NCBI GenBank assembly: GCA_964016885.1
Contig: OZ024743.1
Span: 153,822,001-153,886,000, forward strand
From: Eledone cirrhosa
Lineage: Eukaryota
Direction of reading: 5' to 3'
Length of the DNA: 64,000 nt
Below, piece by piece: positions 27,275 through 39,455 of the stretch (within the stretch, counting starts at the first letter, position 1; every line of letters starts with the position of its first letter). Below the pieces are notes generated by a model. The model worked only from the letters and a program-made list of their open reading frames with translations, was not told the origin of the DNA and made no database searches. The translations under genes and the position numbers were made by a program.

Positions 27275-28696
27275 TCATGAAAATACCACAAGAGAGATCC
27301 TTTGGATAGCGTAGACGCCGGACCATACTCGCAAATATCTGCATATATACCGTGATCTGTCTTGAATATGCATGACTGACGGGATATAGAAGCAACATGG
27401 ATAACACGACCACCATCTAAGCTAGAACCGACCCCTACAACAAACAAATAGGGGACAGCCCCTAGCATCTGACCAGTCGCGTGTGAACTTGGAATTGGTG
27501 AGAGGAGGGGATTATAGCGAGAGACGCAATATACCACCCCAGTCAAGTACATACTGGACTTTTTACCAATATATCATATACACCAATATATCCTATACAG
27601 CAAAACCTTGGATTTAGAACAGGCAGGCTGATCTATCGCGAACGCGTGCGACCCCACGCATGGATTAATAACTGGCACGACCGAAACTACATGGAAAAGA
27701 TCGAACATACCACACCCTGCGACCACTAGCTGCTTGATCCGCGGGTCCATCTCCCAGAGAGTGCACACAACTGATAGTGGATCCCAGTTGACTCGTGAAC
27801 TCGGAACTTTTCAACAAGACCAACTGTGTCTGGAGCTACGCAGATGATTGCATGCGCACAATGGATATCGCACCTACAAGGTCACCGGTATTGTTCATCT
27901 TACTGTATGTGTATAAAGTATCCGTGTGTGGGATATGCCTGAGTAAATTTGCTTGACTGTTAATTGTTTATTAATTGTTTGTTAATTAGGCAGGAATATA
28001 TTATTATATCTTTGTTAATCCTATATTAATAATTTTTTGATACTACATTATTAGATTACTGAAGCTGTTTAATACCTTTTAAAAATACATTTTATAATTA
28101 TTGTCTTTTTGCTTATATATTTTCTTACTTATCATTTTCTTTAATCTTCGAGCCCAACTTGATAAGCTCTTTGAATTGCTCCTTAATTAGATTACTTAAA
28201 TTACTTTATTTATTATACCTAAGTTGTTGTATCTGTTGAAGCAACCTTTTGGAAATTCCTCGAATCTCCCAAATCCCGCAATTTAAAATTTTTAATTTGT
28301 AATTTTCCTCACTTCATTTATATATATTTTTAAAGGTTCTCTAAAATTTTAATTCTTTGGAGAGTCTTTCGGAAGAGGTTTTTATTAAAAATATTAAAGG
28401 GGCCTTTTCTGAGGGATTTTTTGAAGTCTTTTTGAATTAACCTTTAATTGATTAATTTCTCTCAACTATTTATTTCTTAACTTTTAAAATTAAATATAAT
28501 GTCCAACATCTTAATCCTTAATTTTTAATCTTGGATATATAAGATTGCTTAATCTTAAATTCATTAATTTTTTAAATTTCAAGGTTTGGAGCTCTTAAAC
28601 TTCAAATCCTAACTTAAATCTTAATCTTTATATTATGGATTCCCTAAATCATTAACTTTATTAACCTCTTAAATGTTATTGAAAGTTTTTTTCCCT

Positions 28697-28822
28697 AATT
28701 TTTAATTTTTAATTTTTAATTTTTAATTTTTAATTTTTAATTTTTAATTTTTAATTTTTAATTTTTAATTTTTAATTTTTAATTTTTAATTTTTAATTTT
28801 TAATTTTTAATTTTTGATTTTT
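28697..28822. repeat. (AATTTTT)n heptamer repeat
   Basis: Read directly from the sequence. Confidence 0.9.
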
Positions 28823-29310
28823 GAGCTTAGAACTTTCGTAGGGATTATTAAATCTTCGTAAATTTTCTAAAAAAATTTAAGGGAATTTTTTAGAAAAATT
28901 TTTTTTTTTTTTTTTGAAGGAATTTCTTAAGCATACTTTTTATTATTTCATTTTTTAATTCTCTTAATCTCTTCTGGTTTTTTAAGTTTATTGAGGCTTA
29001 TAAGCTTTATGCGCTTATTGAGGGATTTTTTAAGGTGCTTTTAAGAGATCCCAAGTCTTGTACTTTTAATGCGTAACTTATAGATTCCTTAATTTTTAAC
29101 CTTCATTCCTTAACTTGTAGTCCCTTTTCAAGTTCTCTTAATTCCCTACAACCCATCCCTCTTACAACACCAACAACTAATATAAAAGAGCCCCCATAGA
29201 ATATAGACCCTAAATATACAAGCTGAGCTGTTGATGTATACCACGATTTCAAACTGCTAATCTTGAGTGAAACGTTGATGAAAATAATGAACTTACAGTT
29301 ACCTGTTATA

Positions 29311-29357
29311 TGCCTTGAAAAATCCCTCCATATGGTCGGACGAAACGGCTGTCGGCA
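29311..29357 (+). ncRNA. Minimal type-I hammerhead ribozyme, U3-A8 core variant
   Basis: TGCC TTGAAAA ATCC-ctccatatggtc-GGAC GAAA CGGCTG TC GGCA; perfect 4-bp stem I, GUC triplet. Confidence 0.7.
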
Positions 29358-29401
29358 ACAAACTTGTTATAATGTCATAAAAGTTCCTTTGTTCTCTTTC
29401 C

Positions 29402-29442
<41 letters not shown>

Positions 29443-29502
29443 TAAAATAACAGATTAAAGTTTAAGCCCTCTTTGGATTTTAGTCTTCAATTTTATTATT
29501 AT

Positions 29503-29563
<61 letters not shown>

Positions 29564-29921
29564 AATTTATATTGGAGTTTACCAATGTATGTCCTGGTAA
29601 AGATTATAGAACCTCAATGCTAATCAGTATCCCTGTTCAATAATAATAATCATCATCATCATCATCATCATTTTACGTTCGTTTTTCCCTGCTTGCAAGG
29701 GTGAAACGATACCCAAAAGGCAGAATGATTTCTCAACCTCAGTAGACTATGTTATGGACTGTTATGCCACTAATTGCAGAGCTCAAAATTCAATAAAATA
29801 AAAAGGAATGACAAGTTTAGACTTACATCACCATTTTACTATATGAACGTTTCATTGAAACGTTGGTAGAATGAAACATGTTGTAAATCTAAACTGGTTA
29901 TTCATTCTTATTTTATATAAT

Positions 29922-29978
<57 letters not shown>

Positions 29979-30339
29979 TGTTAACTTAAGAAAGGGGAAG
30001 GTGGCGGTATCACTAGACAAGGGAGAGGCTAGCAAAAGATATAAATAGGTTGATTTAGTGACCTGGCCACCGGCCAAACGTCAACAAATTATGGCACTGC
30101 TGGCTCCCCCCTTCCTCACCAGCAATATAAAAAGCCCCAGCACCACCACCGACATAGCCAACAACAATAACAGGCAACTTCAGCAAAAAGTATATTATAT
30201 TATGGTGATGCACTGGGTGATTGCTGGCCTTTTGCCTGGAGTGGAGACAATTATTAATAATTTCATTCTTAAGCCACGCAATGCTCACATTAAGGAACCA
30301 CTCATGATAATAACAATTTAAAAAAACAACAAAAAAGAA

Positions 30340-33300
30340 AACCCCGTGACCAAGAAATACCGGGATGGCGGCCGGCGGGGAATAGTCTCTAGGGGAGAAC
30401 GACCCCTCTAGTCTTGGTTGACACTTGTTCTAGAAGTGTTAACACAAAATGATTACCCCTTGGCGGATAAGGATAAAACGCGACAAAATAAAGTAAATGT
30501 CTAATGATAAAATCTCATACCGGATCCGCCGTCACCCGGGTAAAAAATGGCTGCGTCCCTCAGAGAGGAACCAGACTGGGGTCGAAAAATCAGCTAATGA
30601 TTCAAACCTTCCCATCACCTCGGAGCTGGAGACCTCCCATAACCGGAATACTCCTACTGTTGGCCCTCCATGCTCACCACCAAGAAATCCAAAGGAAAAG
30701 AGAGAAAAATGGTCAAGGGAAGAAAATAAAGAAGTCCTTGAGGTTTTCTACACTGCCATGTACTACCCATCAAATGCATCGAATACAGAACAGACATATA
30801 TCAACTGGAAAAAGAAACATCCAGAAAACAGAGGCTATATTGACAGTAACAAACTAGCCAATATACGAAGAAATATTGTAAGAAAAAAGTTACTAACTGA
30901 TATAGAAATTGATCAGATCAAGCTATTAGCACAAAGTCAGCGAAGGGAAAATGAAACATGTGTCAGTGAAAACGAGGTAAATTGTAACACTTCGAATCCC
31001 AGGGTTGGGGCGGAATCACTGGCAACAGAACAAATTAAAGAAAGGATCGAAAAAGTGGAGGGAGTGCATGCTCAAGATGAAAATCCAAATGAAAATAATG
31101 AGATCGTAAATGATAAACAAATGAATGAGAATGAACTTGCCAACTTGAAGGATGAAATTATGATCGAATGGATGAAAATGAAAGAATCTGACATGGGGCA
31201 ACGAGACACCCTCCCTAAGATCCAGAACTCCAAACAGAACCAACAGATAATACACAAGACTAACATAATTCTCAAAAACATTATCATCACAAACAAACTA
31301 AACATTACTGATTTAAATCATCTCTATTATGCATCGGCTAAAGTCACCACTCACTTATGTGGAGTGAAGATGAAAAAACAAAGGAATTCCCACAAGAAAT
31401 CTACTTGGCAAGAGAACATCAATCGCCAAATAAACCTTCTCCGATCTGACATAGAAATTTTAACAAACTATAAAGTAGGTGAACATGTTAAACAAACTAA
31501 ACTTAGAAAATTGAAAAGAAAGTACAGTATAAAATCAAAAAGTGACATAGACATGCTGATAGAAATAATCAAGCAAAAAGTGTCGGCCAAAGCTGCTCGT
31601 ATAAGGCGCTTTGAAAAACGATCTAGATTCTATAAGGACAATAATATGTTCAAAAACAACAAAAGAAACCTCTACAGAAAAATTGGTACGTCAACAATAA
31701 CTGCTAAATCAATACCACCCAAGGAGGAAGTGCAAGAATTCTAGGAAAAGATCTGAGCCAAAGAAAAAGTTCATAACATACATGCCCCATGGATAGACAG
31801 ACAAATCAAAGATACAGCTCACCTTGAGGAACAAATATGGGAAAATATAACAGTTGAACAGTTGCGCTTGGCTCTAAGAAAAACCAGCAAATGGAAATCC
31901 CCAGGAAAAGACAAAATACAGAACTTTTGGATAAATGCCTTCACAGAGTCTCATGAGCTGTTAGCCCAACTTTACAATGAAATAGTTAAGGAGCCAGAAA
32001 AGATACCATCATGGCTAGTTAACGGCATTACATTCCTGCTTCCGAAGAATGATGAGACAAACAATCCCAAAAATTACAGACCGATAACTTGCTTGACCAC
32101 AATGTATAACATTTTAACATCAGTCCTAACTGAATACACATATGACCACCTGATAACAAATGACCTATTTCCCATTGAGCAGAAAGGGTGTAAACGAGGC
32201 TCATATGGCTGTAAGGATCAGCTTCTGGTTAACAAAATGATACAGGAAGATTGTCATAATAGACACAAAAATCTATCGATTGCTTGGATAGATTGTAAAA
32301 AAGCATTCGATAGTTTGCCACACAGTTGGATTGAAAAATGTTTAGAGATTTTCAAAATATCCCCCGTTGTCAGGAGGTTTTTGTCATTCAGTATGAAGAC
32401 ATGGAAAACGACACTCCTTTTGAATAGTGAAACAAAATAACTGGAAGCTGGAGAAGTTCATATTAATTGTGGAATTTTTCCGGGTGACACTTTATCACCG
32501 CTTTTATTCTGCATCGCACTTATACCATTAAGTAAAATGCTCAATGAAACAAAACATGAAGATAAAGTCTATGACAAAACCATTAATCACTTGTTCTACA
32601 TGGATGACCTGAAACTATTTGCAAAAAACGATGAACAATTTCAAGGGCTATTATCCACTGTGGAGCAGTTCAGTGATGACATTAAAATGGAGTTTGGACT
32701 AGATAAATGCGCCAAAGCAACGGTCACCAGAGGAAAGCTGCTGAAGAGTTGAGACATTAATCTTAATCGGGGGAACGTGATTAGAGAACTTGATCAAGAA
32801 AAAACTCACAAATATCTAGGTGTTTGTGAAGGAGACGGAATCAAGCACTCGACAATGAGGGAAAGGATAAGGAAGGAATGTTACCGCAGAGTAAGAGCAA
32901 TCTTAAGAACGGAATTGAATGCAAGGATTTGGATCGATGCCATAAACACGCTTGCCATACCAGTAGTAACCTACAGTTACAATGTCATCAACTGGTCAAG
33001 CACAGAGATCCGTAGGCTCGATACAAAAATTCGAAAATTCTCAACCATGCACAGAATGCATCACCCTAAGGCAGATATAGATAGAATATATCTCCCTAGG
33101 AAAGAAGGAGGACGTGGGTTAATCCAGTTAGACATTGCGTTGAAAACTGCAACAATTGGATTATCTACATATCTAAGGGAATCACATGATTGGATGATCA
33201 AACTCGTTTTGAAACACGAAAGTATCAAAAGATCATATTCCATTACAAAAGATGCACAAACATACAGTTATGGACTACACATTTCAGAAGTCCCATTTAC

Positions 33301-34290
33301 TGCTGAAATGGAAAACACAGAAAAAGCAAAGCAGGTAAAAGTAACTGCAAAGAAAGAACTGCTACAGAAACTGGCTAAGAAATGGCAAGAAAAGCCTCTG
33401 TATGGAAAATACCCAGAGCGAGCTAACAATTCTGATGTTGACAAAACTTTAACCCATCAGTGGTTGGAATCCTCTGGACTGAAATCGGAGACTGAAAGAC
33501 TGATTATATCACCACAAGATCAGTGTCTGCCAACAAAAAATTACCAAGCCAACATAATAAAAAATGGATGCAGCCCATTATGCCGTGTATGCAAAAAACA
33601 ACCAGAGACCATTGACCATATGATTTCAATATGCAGTCGTATAGCTCCAACCGAATACCTAAACAGGCATGACAGAGCTGCACAATACATACATTGGATA
33701 ATGTGTAAGCATTTTGACCTGCCCCATCAAAAGAATTGGTGGGAGCATCAACCACCTCCCATACTTGAAAAAGATCACATTTCAATCTTGTGGAACTTTA
33801 GCATCCAAACAGACCGAAAAATAGATGCAAATAGACCTGATATAATATTGAAGGACTTTCAAAAGAGGGTATGCCTGCTAATTGATATGTCTATTCCAAT
33901 AGACAAGAATGTATCTATAAAAACATTTGAAAAATTGAGCAAGTATAAGGACCTGGAGATAGAAATTGGAAAAATGTGGAAATTGAGAACTAAGACAATA
34001 CCAGTGGTTGTAGGCGCTCTGGGAATGATACCTAAGGGGTCTAATGATTACTTATCGCAAATCCCAGGAAACCCGCGAAGAGGAGAAATATAAAAGATAG
34101 TACTAATGGGAACTGCCCATATACTAAGGAAGATTCTGTCAATATAAGTACATCACAAGTCTAAACACTAAAGATGCATGTGTGAGTATGTATGTTCTTT
34201 CTTGAACATGGCGGACCTTGTTGTCCCTTGAGGTCACTGGTTGTGACTTGGTGATAACTCGTATGAACATAAAGCAATATAAATGCAACT

Positions 34291-34334
<44 letters not shown>
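30340..34334 (+). mobile_element. R4/Dong-like RLE non-LTR retrotransposon, family A; full length, inactivated
   Basis: One frame broken by stops, plus a late indel (30497-34147). Myb-like KWSREEN, WKSPGKD, NYRPITCL, EQKGC, FYMDD, CRVC..ETIDH...C, RHD, RPDI...IDMSIP...KLSKY; (TAA)n tail. Confidence 0.9.
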
Positions 34335-34335
<1 letters not shown>

Positions 34336-35790
34336 GGGAAGAAGACACCCATGGTGGATAGAAGGTCGAGAAATCGCTCCCGTAAATTTTTGATTTTTTA
34401 ACTTATTTAAATCAATCGTGAAATAACAATTCTTAGTACAAATGTTGCATAAAACATCCGGCTTGAGTTCCAAAAAATTCGGATCCAAAATATATTGTTA
34501 TATCGCTCAAATATTCAATTTTGTATTATACATTTTATATTCAAAAAAGAAAATGGTTATAAATGGAAGAAAACCCCCTCTGTCTACACTATATAGAACA
34601 GCCAAATAACAGCAATTTCACCAACATCAGAAACTAGATACACCACCTACCTCATCACCTATCTGTGTACACTAAACACAACAGCCAGATAACGGCACTT
34701 TCACCACCACCACCACCAATCTCAGCATAATAATAATAATTACTATTATTATTGCCTCAAGTTTTAGTTTTAACAAAATGTTTAAATCCAATATTAAGAA
34801 AATATGTCAACACATATACGCGCCTAACGATACCACCAATACCACCACCACTACCACGATGAAAACTCTGGTCAAGTCGACTCAAATTTATACTCCAACT
34901 TCAAGACCATCACTACAGCAATACGACCACATCACCACCACCACTGCCTCATTAACGCTACCGCTGCTATTATCTCCCACTACCTCCTGCTAGTTGCTGC
35001 TAGCAAAGTACCGCCACCATCACCACCATCGCTGCCTCATTTTCACTACCGCCGCTATTCTCTCCCGCTAGCCCCTGCTACATTGTAGAATTCTCACTAA
35101 AAGAGGAAGACATCAAAATATATAAATAGACTGAATTGATGAACCGGTCAAAATAAAAGAAAAAAAAATCAAAATCAAATTTTAGTTTTAACAAAATGTT
35201 TAATTCCAATATTAAGAAAATAAGTCAAAACGTACGCTACTAATGATAATTTCACTAAAGATAATTTCACCACCAATACTACCACCACTGCCACGATGAA
35301 AACTCTGGTCAAGCCGACTCAAATTTCTACTTCATCTTCAACACCATCACTACTGTAATACGACCACATCACCACCACAACTGCCTCATTATCGCTACCG
35401 CCGCTATTCTATCCCACTGCCTCCTGCTAGTTGCTGCTAGGAAAGTACCGCCACCACCACCACCATCGCTGCCTCATTATCACTACCGCCGCTATTCTCT
35501 CCCGCTAGCCACTGCTACATTGTAGAATTCTCACTAAAAGAGGAAGACATCAAAATATATAAATAGACTGAATTGATGACCCGGTCAAACTAAAAAAAAA
35601 AAAAATCCAAACCAAAGCAGCACAGCAACAACGAAAAACGTAAAGGAAATAAAAATGAAGAGCAAAACAAACGGACGGACAGAGAAGGAAAGTGAAAAAA
35701 CTAAGTCAGACATTCAAACACTACATTACAATGAAACTTATGCTTATTCATTTTTAAGGTTTTTTCTGCCTGTTTGTTTGTTTGTTTATT
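34335..35790. repeat. Spacer repeat S1 (homologous to S2 at 42938-44280)
   Basis: Both start agggaagaagac...gtggatagaaggtc after (TAA)n and end at the family B leader. S1 has an internal duplication (34760-35170 / 35180-35610). Confidence 0.85.
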
Positions 35791-35794
35791 TGGG

Positions 35795-38700
35795 TTCGTC
35801 TACAGCGTGATAATGCCACACAAAAGTCACGTGGAGTGACGAAACCACCGGAGACGAGTAATTCACCGGTGGTTATGTAACCATACATTCGCCAATCCTC
35901 GATAAGAGTGTTTAAATGTCGAAACTAAACAGTTCGAATAACGGTGAAATGGAGACTAGAATGTCATGTGACAGCCTCTCACCCAACAGGTGCTCCCTGG
36001 CTCGGCAGCAGGGACCTGGCTGTCAACCAAATACTGCTGGTGTCGGCGGAAGAAGAAGAAGGAAAGGGACCAGAACCAACTGGACGAAAGAATTGAATAG
36101 AACTGTTATGCAATGTTACCTGAAGTGTAACCCCAAGGAGAATGGCTATAGGAAAAGGATGCATAACATCTGGAACGAGATTGGTCCATTTAAATTAGAT
36201 GAACAAAAACTGGCCGGGCAGGGTCGGGTAATAAGAACTAATGGGTGGATAAGCGAGCTGGAACTGGAGGAACTGAGCAGAGAGATTAGCTTGGAGATGG
36301 AGAGTGGAGTATGCCAGGCAAACGAGCCAGTGGGAAATGGAGGTGAAGAGGTCGAGAGAACGGAAGAATCGCCCGAAACAGACAATGATCTGAATGCTGA
36401 GATAAATAATACCTGGAACAGAGATACGGCCACCGAGGAGCTGAATGCTGACGGGCTAGGACAAGATTTGGTTGATATCCTAAACATAGTGGTAGATGAA
36501 TTGAACAATGATAGTGGGAGACCTATGAACCTAAGATTTGTAGACAGGAAAAAGTTAAAAGAAACAACAGCTAATGTAAACAAAGTCATCCCATACCTTG
36601 AGGCGAGGAGCCTTCACCAGTGCAAGGATATCCTCAAAGCAACAGCAAATACGGTGAGGAAACTATTTGGTATAAAAGCGAGAGGAAACAACAGACAAGA
36701 AAGAGCAGAGCCTTGGCGTTAGAAACGACTGAGTGGTCAAATCAGGGAAATGAGAAATGACATTGGAAAGCTTGAATCACTACTGAATGGGACACTAAAA
36801 AACATAGACACTAAAAATAGACTGAAAATAAAGTACAAAACTAGGAGGAAAGAGCTAAATATTATCATAGAGGAACTGAAGCAACGCATTGTAGCAAAGA
36901 GTGCAAAAATCAGGCGATACGAGAGCAGAGTCAGTTAGTATAGACAGAACCGCATGTTCGACAACAACCAGAAGATGCTGTTTGGACAGTTTGAACGGAA
37001 AGAAAGAGGCAACGACTTGATCCCTGAGGCGGAACAAACTAAAACATTCTGGAGAGGTATATGGGAGTAGGATGTTAAACATAATGACCAGGCAGTGTGG
37101 ATTGAGACAGTACAGAATGAGATCAGTGAACAGGCACACCAACAAACTGATTTGAGTATCACAGTTGAAACTCTTAAGGGGCAGGCCAAAAATCTAACCA
37201 ACTGGAAATCACCTGGCCCAGATGGTGTGCAGGGGTATTGGATTAAAAGCATAACATCCCTCCACCCGAAACTGACAACCATGGTCAATGACTGCTTGAT
37301 GTCAGGTGAGGTAACAGAGTGGTTGACAAAAGGTACCACAGTTCTGATAATGAAAGACCGAATCAAGGGTAATGATGTTACCAACTATAGACCTATCAAA
37401 TGTCTGTCCGTAATGTGGAAACTGTTGACAAGCATTATGTCTGAGGAAATCTACCATCACCTACACACAAACAACTTGTTACCGGACGAACAGAAAGGAT
37501 GCCGAAAGAAGTCACGTGATACAAAGGACCAGTTACTTATTGATAAGATGGTAATGAGGAATTGCAAGAGGAGTCACACTGGTCTTGCCTTAGTATGGAT
37601 AGACTACAAAAAGGCATTTGAAATGGTGCCTCATTCTTGGATCACCAAAAGCCTGGAGATCTTCAAGGTGGCACATAACATCAGACAGTTGTTGGGCAAA
37701 AGTATGAAGTCCTGGGAAACAGAGTTAACATCAACTTAAGAATCATTGGGAAGCGTGAAGATCAAGAGAGGTATCTTCCTGGGAGATAGTCTGTCCCCTC
37801 TGTTGTTTGTCCTTGCCCTGATGCCCCTGACCAGTGTACTGCGAAACGTGAGAGCAGGATACAGGTTGGGAAAGGGAGGGCTTACCATCAAAAACCTCCA
37901 CTTCATGGACGTTCTTAAGCTCTTCGGGAAGAGTGAGAAGGAGTTGGATGTGATTGTATTTTCAGCAATGATATATGTATGCAATTTGGTATTAGTAAGT
38001 GTGGAGTCATTGTGATGAGGAGGCGTAAGTTGAGGAGAAGTAACGGAATCCAGATACCAACAGGTGAGATGATAAAGGAAATTGACTCTGAGGAAGGATA
38101 CAAGTATTTGGGCGTTCTGGAGGCTGATGACATCAAGAAGAAAAAAATGAAGGAATTGATAAGAACTGAATACCTTCGGAGAGTAAGGAGCGTATTAAAG
38201 TCACATCTGAACAGTAGGAATGCCATAAGTGCAGTAAATTCCCGAGCTGTGTCTATTATTAGGTACAGTGCGGGAATTCTGAGATGGAATGTTGCTGAAC
38301 AAAAAGAAATGGATAGGAAGACTAGGAAGCTATTGACTATCTACAACATGTTCCACAAGAGGAGTGATGTCGATAGACTCTACTTAAGGAGATCTGAAGG
38401 TGGAAGAGGTCTTATCAGCATAGAGGACTGTGTTCAGATGGAGAAAAACAACCTACACAAATACGTGACTGAGAGTAAGGAGCCAATGCTCAGAACTGTA
38501 CTGAAGTAGGGGACAATAGGCCAGGGGATGTCCAAGGAGGAAATAACATCAAGGAGAGAGAGCAGCCTTAAGGAAAAATCCCTTCATAGTACCTTCTTTG
38601 AGAGAACTGAATTTAGATATCCACAGACATGGAACTGGTTGAAAAGAGGAGACCTTAAAAAGGCTACAGAAGGAATGTTAATGGCTGCGCAGGAGCAGGC

Positions 38701-39455
38701 CCTCAAAACGAAGTTGTTGAAACACCACATTTACAAGGAGGAGGCTAGCCCACTGTGCAGGATGTGTGGAGAGAGAGAGGAGACTGGCTCACATTGTATC
38801 CGAGTGTAAACACCTAGCCCAGTCTCACTATAAGGGCTGGAGACATGATGTGATGGGCAGTGTGATCCACTGGCACCTGTGCAAAGTAAACAATTTACCA
38901 CATTTTGAGAAGTGGTATGAGCATAAGCCAGAGGCGGTGATAGAAAACGATCAGGTGAAGGTGCTGTGGGATTTTAGGATACAGACGGACAAGAAACTGG
39001 AACACAATAGACCTGACCTGGTGGTTTTGGACAAAGAAATAAAATCGTGCCTGATTGTGGATGTGGCCTGCCCATTCGACACGAGAGTGCAAGAGAAGGA
39101 GAGGGAGCAAATTAACCGATACCAGGACTTAAAGTGGGAGGTAAAAAGGATTTGGAACTGCCATGAAGTCAAAGTGATCCCGATTGTCATAGGCACACTA
39201 GGGACTATCTCAAAAAATTTCCAGGGATGGTTAAAGAAAATTGGCCCCTTCACACTTTTTGGAACGCTTCAAAGGAATGCTTGCTGGGAACAGCAAGAAC
39301 CTTCCGATACGTCCTGAATAACTGAGGCTGCAGGTAGTGGCTTGATATTCATATCAACAAACTTTCCAGTTAACTAACATCAATGACTGAGACTCAAAGA
39401 GTAATAACAATAAAAAATAATAATAATAATAATATTAATAATACTAATAATAATA
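35795..39455 (+). mobile_element. R4/Dong-like retrotransposon family B, copy 1 (full length, many stops)
   Basis: ORF pieces 35916..39317 are co-linear with 39917..42817; (TAA)n tail. Confidence 0.9.

Noticed and set aside
27270-27900. Degenerate LTR-retrotransposon integrase
   Set aside because: Only faint motif similarity across frames; not supportable without a profile search.
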